A DNA stretch of 64,000 bases from Hormiphora californensis (taxonomy: Eukaryota; Animalia; Ctenophora), in contig CM035359.1 of assembly GCA_020137815.1 (NCBI GenBank), forward strand, positions 7,502,001-7,566,000. The letters are read 5' to 3'. Under the pieces are notes generated by a model. The model worked only from the letters and a program-made list of their open reading frames with translations. It searched no databases and was not told where the DNA came from. Shown here piece by piece: positions 1 through 14,400 of this stretch; the first letter of the stretch is position 1; every line of letters begins with the position of its first letter. Made by a program: the position numbers and the translations under genes.

Positions 1-2437
1 TTGCTAGCCTCGAATATCTGCTCCTTGTCCCTAGCAATACATCCTAATCTTAGGTAGCAGTCCACGTAGTTGGGATGCTCCTGGAGCAACTCCTTATACA
101 ACTCTTCTGCCTGGGGGGGGGGGGGGGGGGGAGTAGAAACATATTGGAAAAGGGGAGGGGGGTGGTAGACACACATTGGAACATGGGGGGGGGGGTAGGA
201 CACATATTAGAAAGACGATAGGAATCTGGTAAGAAGGATTGGGAAGTTTGGATTCTTATCCACATGTCCTCACCTTTCCATGATCATTTAGTGCCTCATG
301 TAGTCTCGCTAGATTGTATGTTATGGTGACACTGATAGCACTCAGATACGCCTCATCATTATCCAACTCTCTCTTACAGTACTCCAGGGCGGTCTCGTAG
401 TGAGTTAGACACTCCTCATATTTCCCCAACTGGTAGAGACAACTGGCAATGTTGTTGAGGATCTCAGGAGGGACATCCTCCCCTATATTATCCTGGATTA
501 TCCTGGGAGAGGGAGATCTAGATTAGAGGGAGGGGTCAGGGAGTTATCGGGAGGGGAGGGGAGTGGGGAGACTTAGATAGAGAGTGAGAAAGAAAGATGG
601 GAAGTTTTAGAGTAAATGATAGAGAGGGGGCGCGGAGTATCTATTGCACGAGATCAGAGATGATACATTTATGCAAGGTATCTTAAAATTGTTATGTACT
701 TTGCAGCAGTGTTGTAAGCATTGAGGGCGGCATTTAGATCACTAGACTGTAGAATACCCGCCAACTCGATCCATGCTTCAATGTCCTCTGGGCATTGTGT
801 GGTCACCTGGAATAACGCAGTTCAAATCAAGAGTGGAACAAAAAAGTTTGACCAGTATCAGTCATATTATATGACTGATACTGGTCAAACCTTGATATAT
901 CAGTCAAAGAAACTATTTGATATGATCCCATACTGTGTGATATCTCACCTTTTGTAGGAGTGTTTTTGCTTGTTCTCTCTTGTCAGCATCATCACTCTGA
1001 CTGTAGAGAGATCCCAGAATCTTGATGGTCTCGTTATTGTTTGGCTGAACTTTTAGAACCTGATAACAGAGAGAGAGGGGGTTCAGAGTCTAACGCTGCT
1101 GACTTTGGCAGACAATTAACTTGAAAATAATACTAATATCTTTGCAATGATAGAAACCAATAATTCACATGTTGTTACCTTCTCAAAGCAGCTTGCAGCA
1201 TTAGTAAAATCCTCCCTGTGAATGTACATTTGACCCAGCCCAAAGTATGGCAGCACATATGTTGGTGATGCAAACTGTGTTGATTGGTAATAGTACTGGA
1301 AGGCCTGGTCGTATTTCTGTTGGTTGTGGTAGGACCGTGCTAGTTGGTAGCAGCTCTCTGCCTGGATGTACTCTACCTCTGTACCCTGGTGGAGAGAGAG
1401 GTGGAATGGATTAGGTAGTTGGGTAAAATGGGGGAGAATCAAGAATGAGTGTGGAATTGTACAGAAAATAATGTACATAAACAATAATCTATACGTAAAG
1501 AATGTCAAAGCAACAATTACCTGTAACAATATCAGTAACAACCTACCTGAAGGGCGTATTGAGCGAGATGTTGCACTTTTTGATAATCCTTTTTGAAAAA
1601 GAAATGGTTAGCCAGATGGTTAAGAACCATAGAGTTAGTTGCATCCATCCCATACGCCTGACTCAACAACTTGACTCCCTTGTGTAACTTCTCCTTGTCT
1701 CCAGAATTCAGGTGAAGGATCGCTAGACCGACCAGTGAACCAGTGTTTTTAGGATCCAACTCTAACGCTCGCTCAAACGCCATCTCTGCTTTAGCTTTGT
1801 TACCAAGACGATAGAAACACAGCCCAATTCCCAATCTCACTGCAGCTGGGGTAACAAGGTTTTCCTTGAGCGCCTTCTTGAAGTGTCCCAGGGCACCCTT
1901 ATAGTCCTTCTTGTTGAACAAAATACAACCCTTCCCCATGTTAGCAGCAATGTGACCGTCAGATTTGGCGAGGACAAAGTTGAACTGGGCATCAGCCTGG
2001 TCTGTTTTATCGCCCTCCAGAAGACAGAAATGGGCCCTTCCCACTAGATGGTTCTGATCATACATTATAATCTTATCGGCTTGTGTGTAGAGGGCTGTAG
2101 CAGTTGCAAAGTGCTTCTTCTTAACCTCTCTACTCTTTTCCTTCCGTCCCAATCTGACGTAGTAGGCAGCCAACATGTCCAATGCCATCATTTTATCGGA
2201 TTCGTTGTCTCGGTAGTCAAAAGCTGCATCTTTCTGACAGTTCTCCAGGAGGAGCACGAAATCTTTAGTCTTTCCTTGTTTGTAGTAGTGCTTGGCAAAT
2301 GTTAGCCAGATATCAAGTCGGACATTTTCCTGTCTCAGAATTGTGAGGATCTCCTCTCCACCAGGTAGCTGCTCCAGATCCAGATCAATAACCTCGTCCA
2401 CATCTCGGAGCGGGATTTCAATGCTCTTCTGCTTCAT
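1..2437 (-). CDS. CTR9: RNA polymerase-associated protein CTR9 (Paf1 complex TPR protein), 5' part; exons 2437-1547, 1385-1179, 1059-949, 806-700, 502-274, 110-<1
   Basis: N-terminus [88 protein letters not shown] and [12 protein letters not shown] match CTR9; all junctions are GT-AG and in phase. Confidence 0.96.
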
Positions 2438-2720
2438 CTTCTATCTCATGCTAAAAATGTTCCGTCGTTGACACATAAAAATAAAAAGGTAAAGGCGCTT
2501 TTTACTATACATTTGTTTGAACAGCACAAGTTCTACTTCAACTTTCGTGAAGGTCGGCAGTCCGCAGTTCCTCTTGCTCCAAAGGCCAAAAAGCAAAAAG
2601 TCTTACAATTTATCTTTGGATGTGATCAGGAGGTATTTTTTAAATTGAACCTGGACAAAATGTTTAATACTCAAATTTAGATGACAAAAGACAGAAATAC
2701 AAAAAGAACATATTTGAAAA

Positions 2721-3169
2721 TAGGGATCCCTAAAAAAGTTCAGTATTTACACAGCGTTTACACAGTCTTTACACAGTCGTTAAAGTCGGATTTTTTGAAG
2801 TTGTCACCCCAAAATGACCGCGCATGTGAAATTTATCAATTTTGACGCGCACACCACACGTTAACATGTGATGTGACACGCAAAAACATTCCGCGCACGA
2901 AAAGGGGGGTGACAACTTCAAAAAATCCGACTTTACACCCAGAGCGCCCGCGCCGCTCTGGGTGTAAAGACTGCGTCTTTCGCACTCGATTTGCAGCGTT
3001 TTCGGAAACTTTTTTCGCCGCAGCGCTCAATTTACTCAATTGTGCAGCACACAATCCAATATTTTCTTAGAAAAAGCCGCAAAACGCAGCACGCGCCGCT
3101 CTGGGTGTAATGACTGTGTAAAGACTGTGTAAACGCTGTGTAAATACTGAACTTTTTTAGGGATCCCTA
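2721..3169. mobile_element. MITE with ~58-bp TIRs (TAGGGATCCCTAAAAAAGTTCAG...), hAT-like termini, ~280 bp upstream of the CTR9 ATG
   Basis: 2721-2778 is the reverse complement of 3112-3169; flanks TTTGAAAA / TGAGAAAA are a possible degenerate 8-bp TSD. Confidence 0.75.
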
Positions 3170-3751
3170 TGAGAAAAAAAATAGGAAAGGAAACCAAAAT
3201 CGATTCGTTTCGGGAAAAAATTCAGAGATTTTTATTTATTTTTCACAAAAAACGCGCCGCGCGGCGTTGATTCGCCGCGCTAACTGCATTAAAGTTTAAA
3301 TATCGCGCGCGCTCATTAATGCATCACAAAAAAAATCAAAATCGAGTGCAGCTGCAATTTTAATTTTGTTGGGCAACTCTCAAAAACGGGACTTTTTTAT
3401 GTGTCGACGACCGCAGTTGAAAAGCGCTGCCTTATCCCGCGCTGCCAGCAACGTTTGCCAACGACCGCAGCTGTGTCTGACAGGCATTATTTTGTATCGA
3501 AATCTATTTGAAATTTATTATTTGATAAACTAATCCTGTAAAACAACAGAAATGAATGATATGACTGCAGTCTACTGTCCCAGACAGAATGCGCCAGACC
3601 AGTTCAGTTCAGATAGGCGAGTCATGGAGACTGGGCCGCGGGAGTACGAATCTGGACCGCTGGGGGCCATCAGCTGGGGGTCAACAGATGGGCGTTATGA
3701 CCTGGAATAGAAGTGATCTGTAAGGTATGTTGTTTAATGTCTGGATTATTT

Positions 3752-3809
3752 CTGTCTGGCGCCGCGACCCCATCTGAGAATCAAATGGGGGTACGGCGCC
3801 GCCATACAG
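3752..3809. mobile_element. 58-bp mini-element, CTGTCTGG...CCATACAG family, 8-bp TSD
   Basis: Termini CTGTCTGGCG / CGCCATACAG; flanks GATTATTT / GGTTATTT. Confidence 0.6.
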
Positions 3810-5154
3810 GGTTATTTCAAAGCGGAAATCGGAATATTAAATGTTGATAATAAAGATAAAAATGTCCCCCGGCCCAAGATAGAGCCAGTGGCCACATAAA
3901 ATCACAAATTTCCAGCGTGCTTCTGACTAAGAATCTGACTTCTGTGCTCGGGAATTGAATTACTTTGGAACACTAGCAGCAGCATGTACCTATAAATCCC
4001 CTCCTCTTATTTTAGAGCTGTACCTACTTCTGAGAATATTTCTTATCACCACTTCAGCCAATCAGCCACATGTAGAAGAGCCGTATGTGGGCCTAATCTT
4101 TGTAAATGGAGGGCCGGGTACCTTCCACCCTACTAATCAATTACCTCTGAGCTGCGGGTTATCTTCCAGTTGCTATCTCTCTTCCAAGGTGTTCTTTTAG
4201 TGATCACGTGTTTAGTGGCACGTGTATACAATGACGTTGTGTTTTAATTGCCAGCTCACTGATATCCTTGTAATTCTCTCTCATCTAATCATCTCTCATC
4301 TCTCACTCCATGTTGCTCCTCCTCCGGTAATTTGGTTTATCTAATTTGGCCCCATCCTTCAACTACCATGATACTCAGGTGGCTTTAATTCCGTAGATAG
4401 CGACTTTCCAGTGCAGATGTTGTGACGTTGTGTCTTTTTGTTGTTTTCTACGTTTGAAGGCGACCAATATAACATGATACCTAGTTTGTGCTAAAATCCA
4501 CACATGCTGTTTCTTGGAATTTCGCCCCAGATTGGGTGCCCCAGTTCTTATCCAAATTCATTTTATTTCAATTTTCAATGGCTTGCTTCCAGGGAAGTTG
4601 CAGTGTAGCAGCTACACTTCTCTGGCTTTCTTCCTATCTTCACTGCACTTCCGTCTCTCTTGACTCTTCTATCTTTCTCTCGCTCTTTCTCGTTCATTCT
4701 CTCTCCCCTGCTTACTTCTCCCGTTATCAGCTTGCCTTGTCACGAGTTGTAGGAGAGTGGAGGGGAGAGAAAGGGAGAGTCGAATTATCAGTTGTTCTCA
4801 GTTGCTAACAGTTCATTTTGTCCCAGTTCCCTTATCTAATGCAGCTGGTGGTTTTATTGAATATTGGAACATTCAAATGGGTTTTTAGTAAGAGTCTGTA
4901 TTTCTGCAGAACGTGTATATCACATGTTGCATTTTGTGGGAGGGGGTGGGGAACATGAGGGGAGGATGTGGGTTTGTAAAGCCTGTGAAAACATGCGTCA
5001 TCTCTCTACAATCACTAGTGTGCCAAAATGTGGCCTATTTAGGAAGTTATTATTACACCGCTTGTATTGTGCGTCTTTCCTACTGTATATACCCTTAGTC
5101 TTATCACACTTTACTTAGTCTTATCACACTTGACTTTTAATTGCGGACACACTT

Positions 5155-5614
5155 CCCTAGTCAGAATATAATATGTATTTTTTTCGATAATACGTATTAA
5201 TTACGGGCGTGAATACGTATTTAATACGTATTAAATACGTATTATAAGCCTAGAATAAGTAAAGTAAAAATTTTTTGTCGTCGTAGAAGGTCGTCACTGG
5301 TCGCATTTGATAGGCCTTATAGAGCTGAACAAAGCCCCAAAAGGTCAGACCTCGGCCCCAACCCGTTCAAGAGATATAGGGGGTTTTCTGTTTCCCTCAA
5401 AAAATATTTTCCTACCCGTTCCCGCCAAAACCTAAAAACTCTTGTAAATCTTGAACGGGTTGGGGCCAAGGTCTGATCTTTTGGGGCTTTGTTCAGCTCA
5501 TTGAGACCTATCAAATGCGACCAGTGACGACCTCCTAATACGTATTAAATACGTATTCACGCCCGTATTTAATACGTATTATCGAAAAAAATACATATTA
5601 TATTCTGACTAGGG
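5155..5614. mobile_element. Foldback MITE, CCCTAG...CTAGGG termini, 2-bp TT TSD (CMC/EnSpm-like)
   Basis: Terminal ~70-90 bp inverted repeat plus an inner ~80-bp inverted repeat (5288-5370 vs 5449-5533); TT on both sides. Confidence 0.75.
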
Positions 5615-5764
5615 TTGCACGATTGCATTATAAATTCGGGAGAATCATTTCTCCATACATTCCACTTCCACCTCACTATGTCCCACTTTGGATTGAGCTT
5701 TCCGTTGCATTATATGCATTGTCATGAGTCAATATCAATGAATATTATCTAACTATCTCACTCC

Positions 5765-5995
<231 letters not shown>

Positions 5996-6919
5996 TCCTG
6001 GTTCCAAATGGATCAGTTAATATCAACAGTTCTCCATTTGATAACTCTCCGTCTTTTTTCCTGCACTCGGGTCTTGGCTATTAAGCATATCTTTTGGGCA
6101 AATCCATCTTTCCTTTCTCTAGAAAAGTGTGCATTACTGGAGTAATTCAAAATGGGGAAGTTCCCACCCCAAAGTATTTTAGGACACACAGTCCACTCAC
6201 TACCCTACTAACAATGTAACATAGTGTGACGTCTAACCTCAGTTCACGGCGCAGCTGTGTCACCGAGAAAACCACCATCTGTCACTGTACTTCAGCTGCT
6301 GCTGCAGTGTTGCATTGAGAGCTGCTGCACCTATCACCACTATTGACATTGCATTTCTCAGTAAGGCTACAACTCCAGCTATACATTGTTCTACCAGCAG
6401 CATACATGTGTCCCATCTGTAGACATGTGTATATATCAGAGCAGTACTAGGAGGGAGGAGTTGTGCTGCAGTTTGTCACAATCACTGCATACATTATCTG
6501 CAGGGCACACATTGTGACGCACTTAGAAAGACGTCATTGATAGATCTATGATGCCTGCACTTTCTAGAAATTCATTATCTTGTTCATGATATGTGAGACC
6601 AGGCACTCCGTAGATAGATAGATAGATGTGAGACATATAAAAACCGTTATAAAGTCTTTTGCTTCCCTTCTTATCTCTCATCATGGGAAGTGACACTTCA
6701 TTCAGCTGTTAAATGCATTGTGTGTCGAACTTGGGATTCCGACATGTCAGGTGTCCCTCAGTTCCCAGGCGTCTCAAGCTGCAGTGATTTTATATTATGA
6801 TAAGACAAGTAACATATATACTGCCTCGTGACAAAGTTGAATTAGTTCCTGCTGGCGGCATACATGCCCCAGCATTCTAGTGGAACTTATCAGTTAATTT
6901 CATTCAGAACCGGAAATAT

Positions 6920-7420
6920 GCTGCCTTTTTTTTTTGATGGAAAAAAATTCGAGTGGAATCATTTTTCGCACATTGCGCACTTTTGGTTTATCCCCAACTT
7001 GCTGTTTTTTTTCCCTTTTATTCGGGAAAAAGAAAAAGAAAAACAGGAAATAAAGAATTTTTTAGGAAAGAAGAGAAAAAAAGAGAAGGGGGAAAAAAGA
7101 TAGAGACGGGGGGAAGGGGGGAGAGAGGAGGGAAGGGAGAAAGAGAGAAGAGAGAGAAGGAGGAGAGAGAGAGAGAGAGAGAGAAGAGAGAGGGGGGAGA
7201 GAGAGAGAGAGAAAAAAGAGAAAAGGGGAAAAGGTTTTTTTTTTTTTTTTCCCCCCCCCCCCCCCTCTCTTCTCTCTATTTTCCTCTCTCTCTTTTAATC
7301 TCTCCCCCCCCTCTCTTAATTACGGCCCCCCCAAATGCCAACGGGCCCGGGGGGAGAGTTCTCCTTTTGTTCAGGGAATTTGGTTTCTGTCACACAAATC
7401 AGTTTTTTTCCCCCCGGACA
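6920..7420. other. Probable low-accuracy consensus region
   Basis: Inflated homopolymer runs and degraded GA/CT repeats unlike the flanks. Confidence 0.6.
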
Positions 7421-7600
7421 TGGGCCCTATCGTGGTTGAAGCAGGCAGTACTGGGCCCTATCCTTATTCCTTATTTTGCCTTTCTTGTATTTTACCGTGA
7501 AAACTTTGATAGGATCCATTTAACTGTTCTGGCTCCACACCGCCTGAAACTGACTACTGAACTAAAGTTTAGTGAAGCAGTAGGCCAGTTTCTTGTTCAT

Positions 7601-7720
<120 letters not shown>

Positions 7721-8144
7721 CTAACCGTCGTTGAAGAAGTATAACTGCGTGACGCAGTAGCTTGTACAGCTGTACTTTTGTAGCTATACCAGTATATATC
7801 ACATTTGAAATTGCGAGCATTTCCGATCAGTTATATTTGACTAACATCTGTAATAACATTGCAGTAGTTCTTGATAAACCAAACTGGTCCCCAGACTTCT
7901 TTGAATGCATGAATATTTTTACGGTGTATCGTTCATATATATCCTCTCTGGGATTAAATCTATCACGTGTCCTCCCTCCCTCATCAATATTGTGATTGAC
8001 ATGAGCTACTAGATCCTTCGCTTGCCCCGTTTTTACACGGTTAGGCGTCATTTTCAACAGACGGCTTTTTATTATTTTCAACTATAAATATATGCCAGCA
8101 CTATTATTAGAGGCCCCAGCTAGGCTTTACCAATCTCCTATTGG

Positions 8145-8402
8145 CTAACCCATATCTCCCTGTTTTGTGGGGTGGCTAGTAGTAACCCATATCTCCCTGT
8201 TTTGTAGGGTGGCTAGTGGTAACCCATATCTCCCTGTTTTGTGGGATGGCTAGTAGTAACCCATATATCTCCCTGTTTTGTAGGGTGGCTTGTAATAACC
8301 CATATCTCCCTGTTTTGTAGGGTGGCTAGTAGTAACCCATATATCTCCCTGTTTTGTAGGGTGGCTAGTAGTAACCCATATATCTCCCTGTTTTGTAGGG
8401 TG
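8145..8402 (+). repeat. ~7 copies of a 37-39 nt unit containing the 3' splice site of the first coding exon of the MFS gene
   Basis: Unit TAACCCATATCTCCCTGTTTTGTAG|GGTGGCTAGTAG; the last copy (AG at 8397-8398) opens the exon. Confidence 0.85.
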
Positions 8403-8406
8403 AACT

Positions 8407-11400
8407 ATGACGTCATCAAGGAGATCGTGTTTTGCCCGGTACTACAACTGGTGGGTGCTAATCTGTGTCTGCCTCAGCTCCATGGGAATGGGCCTACCCT
8501 TCTTCAGGTGAGAGACAGGGGGTGAGAGACAGGGGAGGGGAGGGTGGGGTGCTGGGGTTAGGGAAGAGAGGGGGAGGAAATAGGTGAGAGACAGGGGGTG
8601 AGAGACAGGGGGAGTGGGGTGGAGTACTGGGAGGGTGGGGTGCTGGGGGGGGGGGGGTGGGGTGCTGGGAGGATGGGAAGAGAGGGGGAGGAAATATGTG
8701 AGAGACATGGGGAGTGGGGTGGAGTACTGGGAGGGTTGGGTGCTGAGAAAGAGGGGGAGGAAATAGGAGAGCGACAGGGGGAGGGGAGGGGAGGGTGTGG
8801 TGCTGGGAAGGTAGGGTGCTGGGAGGGTGGGGTGTTGGGAATTGGAATTAGTGGTAGAGAGGGGGAGATATATACAGCAAAATTAGATGTATATCTCGTC
8901 ATCTTAGAGAATGAGATACTAACTCCAGCTGTGTATTCCCTAGTTACGGTGCCCTCCTTCCCTACCTCTCATCCCTGTTCTATAATCTCTCTGGGAAGAT
9001 CACATCTCAGGCAGCCATGGCCTTACAGCCTGTCATTCTCCTAATGGGTATCACATTAACAGGTAATTAGTAGTCACTTAGCAGTTAATTAGTGCTCAAT
9101 TAACAGTTTAAAGTAGTATTAGCAAATCCTTCAAGACTCCTCAGCTTCTAATCCTCCCTACCATTTCCCCTGCAGGTTCTCTGTCAGGAATACTGGAGTA
9201 TTACATGAATGTGCGAGTTCTAAACTTTATTCTCTCCGCTGGATATATTATAGTTATTGGTAAGAATTATAGAGGGGGACATGTCTCCTAGAATGGTATC
9301 TTGTAGTCTATAGTTGCCATGCCAACAGAGTGACCAAGTCCCTAAACCTAAAAAGAGTTGTATCGAGTATAAACACCTCTAAGAATGGAGAAACCTAACT
9401 TCAAACTTTCCAGGGTGTTCCTATTTTGTGGAGAACTACGCTGTGCTGACGGTCATAGCGGTTCTTATTGGAACACTCGGGGGCCAGATCAACGTCTGTA
9501 ATGTGAGTCTTAGTAGTAATTAGTAGTAGAGATTATCAATTATCATACAACGTCTGTAATGTGAGTCTTCCTGTTCGCAATTAGTAGTAGTGTAGAGAGT
9601 CTTCCTGTTCGCAATTACTAATCATAAATTGTATGATAATCTCTACACTCTACTAATTGCCAATTAGTAGTAGTGTAGAGATTATCATACAATTTATGAT
9701 TTATCCATCTCCCACCTAGCTTTTCCTTGTTTTGTTGTTTGTTTTGGGTCTGGAAGATCTCCAATCTGCTGTAGTCGGACCCCGACTTACCGGGGAAAAC
9801 CATTTCCCTGAGCATCCTAGTAAATTGGAGTCCGACGGTATATCTAACGGTTCAATTACTAACCACTAACCGCGCCAAGCCTCTGTTAACCACTGTGTGT
9901 ATTTACAAATGTAAAGAAGGGTTAGAACATAACAAGGTTCCAATACTAACTGCACTGTGTATATTTCCAGGTTCCAATACTAACTGCACTGTGTCTATTT
10001 CCAGGTTCCAATACTAACTGCACTGTGTGTATTTCCAGGTAGCCCGGTTATCCGAGTGGAATCCCAGAAAGAGCGGTGCGGCTAATGGGATCATGGGATT
10101 CTTTATGGGTATCAGTGGGTTTGTGGGAAGTGTCATGTGCAGTGCAGTCATCAACCCTGATAACAAAGAGTGAGTTAATTAGTTGGGTAATTAGTTGGGT
10201 AATTAGTTGGGTAATTAGTTGGGCTAATTAGTTGGGTAATTAGTTGGGTAATTAGTTGGGTAATTGGGGGCTAATTAGTTGGGTAATTGTGGTAATTAGT
10301 TGGATAATTAGTTGGATAATTAGTTGGATAATTAGTTGGGTAATTAGTTGGGTAATTGGGGGCTAATTAGTTGGGTAATTGGGGGCTAATTAATTGGGTA
10401 ATTGTGGGCTAATTAGTTGGATAATTGGGGGCTAATTATTAAAAATCATCATCTTCTTCGAGTGTCGGGTGTGATACCCTAAAGAACTATCGTGCCTTGT
10501 TTATAAGAAATGTTAAAACTTGTATTTGAGAAGGAACGGCGAGTATTACCAACAATGCATCGTGCCTTTTTTATAAATGTTCAAACTTGTAACTGAGAAG
10601 GAAGGGCGAGAGTGCGAGACTATTGAGCGTCAGTTGCCTATACGATCACGACAGATTAAACATTTCCTCTTGGTCATCCTTAGTTCTAAAGTCTGCTCCC
10701 AGTGTTCCTCAACATGGACAATAACTTTGCGACGATGTCTGATCCAGAAACAGTAACATCTTCGGGAAGCGACTTTGCTCGGTATGCTCTCAAACCCCTA
10801 ACCATAACGATGTGCGTCCTGGGGCTGATAAGTAACCTACTTCTGGTGGTGACGATCTTTGCCCGATGTCGCCGGTGGACTGACCTCCCTATCACCTCGA
10901 CCCTCTATCTACACATCTGTGCTGTGAACATCATTGGGTGTCTCGACATCCCCTTCCTCATTCCCTTTTGGCATGTAGGAGGTTTGGTCAATTCATTCTT
11001 TGTCATGATCATAAATGTCTTGGCTAATGCTCGGCCTGCACTCCTACTATCCATTTACGTCTTTAGACTTCTGTGCATCGTCCGTCCCTCACCTATTTTC
11101 AACAGAGATGAAGTCCAACGTCGCCGGCTGAAAACCCTAATTTGGTGTATTTGGATTGGAGCCTTGGTTGTTTCTGTCATCGGGCTGGTATGCTACTTGA
11201 AAAATTTTTGCGGAGTAAAAGTTGACTACGCGTCGGTTTTTGTTGGGATTTTAGCGATCTTCTTACAGACTATGATTATCTTGGTCTCTGTTGCCATGGT
11301 GGCATATCTGAGTGTTTTGTACCGACGGTTTAGCTACAACCATTCTGAGGTCACTCCCCTTCTTGATGGTGGTAACGCTGCCCTACTTGAAAACATTGCC

Positions 11401-14400
11401 CTAACTCTTCGAATAGTCTGCTCCACACTTCTTGTCGATCTCTTCTGCTTCTCCTTCACTATGGTGATGAATGTTGAAACTGTCATCTGGTCGCTTAACC
11501 CGGACGTACCCCTGGCTTTCTACCGTCGCCTCTATCACTGGCTGGGAAGTCGACCACTATTGATGCACTTGTTCTTCACACTCCCGGATGCAATCTATGC
11601 CACACTGGTTAGTTGGGTACTGATACTGGTACAAGGCAGTATGAGGCAGGCTCTGTGGGGCGTAGTGAAACGTGTGGCAAGGAGGTTCTGTGGTAGAAAC
11701 AATGAGGAGTAGGGTCAATGAACAAATATTGGCAAATTGTAGCCTGTAACGAGAATTTGGTGGACATACAGTGTGAAATACCAGTGCAATTAACTGAAAA
11801 CGAGACAATATGTATCTATATTAGAATTACTGCAAGGTTCCTCTGTTTTGTTCGTAAGATGATATGATAAGCCATTAGATGATGATACGTTAAAATGTTT
11901 GAAGAAATCTTTACAGTTTACATTTGTCCCGTACATGATTTTGTTGATTCATTAAAAAACCAGACTGTTAACTTCGCGTCTTACAACCAGCAACAATTCG
12001 AAAAAGTCCCCCATCATCCACAAAAGATCTAAATGCTTACTCTAGCCGATATGTAGAGTAGACTATAGTATATAGTAATTATATGGGGTATTGATAAACA
12101 GGGTTACATTGACAAATGGTAGAGTTAGCACAGTGTCCATAACTCCCCCTCCTCTCTCTCTCCAGGCCTGTTCTCGTCAATACAACCACCCTACTAAAAT
12201 ATAGTTCGACGCGACGCGACGCGCGATCGATGAACGATCGATAAACGATCGATATCGATCGTTTATCGATCGTTCATCGATCGTTCATCGATCGCGCGTC
12301 GCGTCGCGTCGAACTATATTTTAGTAGGGCAGTGTCCATAACTCCCCCTCCTCTCTCTCTCCAGGCCTGTTCTCGTCAATACAACCAGTGGAAGTGATAC
12401 GATCTTTGTTGATCCTGAAGTGATAGGAAACATTCGGTATATTTGGTTGGCATGGGCTGGTGCTGTTGCTGCTCTCTTCATCCCAGGTACTATTATACTA
12501 TTATAGGTGTTATATCTACCCGTGGATATAGTGAGGGCACCTCCCCCTAGCCTGGCCTGGACGCCTGGTACTGTACCCGTACTGTATATATGTACCTGTA
12601 TGGGATACCTAGCTTGGTGTTATACCAACCCACATTGGCATGTTCCTGGCCACAAGACACAGCTTGAATTGTTCAATGTTCATACTTTCACAGTATGACC
12701 AGTATGTATAAATAATGTTTCTACATTGTATATTACTAATTTGCAGGTGTATTTATCCTGCGACCACCAACCCCTGAGGAAGTGTGTACCCAGGATGATC
12801 TACTAGGAGGAGACAGCTTCGAGAGTGTGGAACTGCTACCAAGGTATTATAGCTTAGTAGTTACTATTACCTAGCAGATATATTAGTTTAGTAGTTACTA
12901 TTATCTAGCAGATACTATCATAGTTTAGTAGTTACTATTATCTAGCAGATACTATCATAGTTTAGTAGTTACTATTACCTAGCAGATACTATCATAGTTT
13001 AGTAGTTACTATTACCTAGCAGATACTATCATAGTTTAGTAGTTACTATTATCTAGCAGATATATTAGTTTAGTAGTTACTATTATCTAGCAGATACTAT
13101 CATAGTTTAGTAGTTACTATTACCTAGCAGATACTATCATAGTTTAGTAGTTACTATTACCTAGCAGATACTATCATAGTTTAGTAGTTACTATTACCTA
13201 GCAGATATATATCTACTATCCACAAGGAACATACATGTACCAATGTCATATCTAGCTAAAGTCTCACCCGCAAACCTATAACATATGTTCCCGGCCGTTC
13301 CATGTTCCCGGCCGTGTTGTCAGTCAACCCTGTTTTCTCATAGGACCAAGCCAGTCGGACCTGATTTCTCAGTCAAGGAGCTATTTAGAACTCCTAAATT
13401 CTACGTTCTCTACTTAATTATTCTTATCCTATCTCTGGTAGGTGCAGACAGACATACAGACAGACACACAGACAGACACACAGACACACAGACACAGTTA
13501 CCAAACTGTTAGACCTGTTTGTCCTGTCTATTCTGTGAGCTACTAAACATATGACATCCTCTCTATTGTCAGGTGCTGTTGACTTCCACAGAGCTGTACA
13601 AGTTTATTGGGATTGAAGCGATCAACGATGATAAATTCCTGAATATTGTCGGTGCAGCTGGTTCCATAGCCAATGCTTTTGGTAGGATAACCTGGGGACT
13701 AATTCTTGATAGAATTGGGACCAAGTGGACCTTTTTCACCGCATTCTTTATACAGGTATAATAGTAACAGATAGAGTGGCCAAGTGTATAGAAACACAAG
13801 CTTCACACACAGACAGGGGGGGGGGGCGGAGAAGGCAGGAGTACCTTCTCCAGCTTGGAGGACTTTAGACAATAAGATTAATAGGGGAGGGGGCATAAAA
13901 ATCTTCTTCTTCTTCGAGTGTCAGGTGTGATACCCTAAAGAACTATCGTGCCTTGTTTATAAGAAATGTTGAAACTTGTATCTGAGAAGTAAAAATACAA
14001 ATGCTCGACAGTTTCAACGCAAAATCTTATTGTAAATCTTCGCTAGAATTAAATTTGTATCTGTTTTCTGTCTATGTCGGATATTTTTGGTGAAATCTGT
14101 TACTGAGAAGGGGCGGCACAGTAACGCCCCTTCTCGCCGGGACAATCACGTGCAACATATTTTGCACGTGACTCATACGTGGCGTTAAACATTTCATTTC
14201 CTCTTAAATTTCATCGTGCGCTCAGTTATTTCGCTACGATATCTGTTCACTTCTCCCCGTATTTTTAATAGAAGTGATAGTATAAGTTATAAATCTAGGT
14301 AGTGAGCAGTATTACCAACAATGCTTCGTGCCTTTTTAAATTTTGAAACTTGTATCTGAGAAGGAACGGAGAGACTATTGAGCGTCAGTTGCCTATTATA

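Noticed and set aside
3552-3710. Short ~52-aa plus-strand ORF
   Set aside because: No recognisable similarity; may be 5' UTR or a uORF.
10440-12088. GPCR cassette as a canonical Helitron
   Set aside because: A TC near the start and a terminal stem exist, but there is no clean CTRR end in both copies; mechanism left open.
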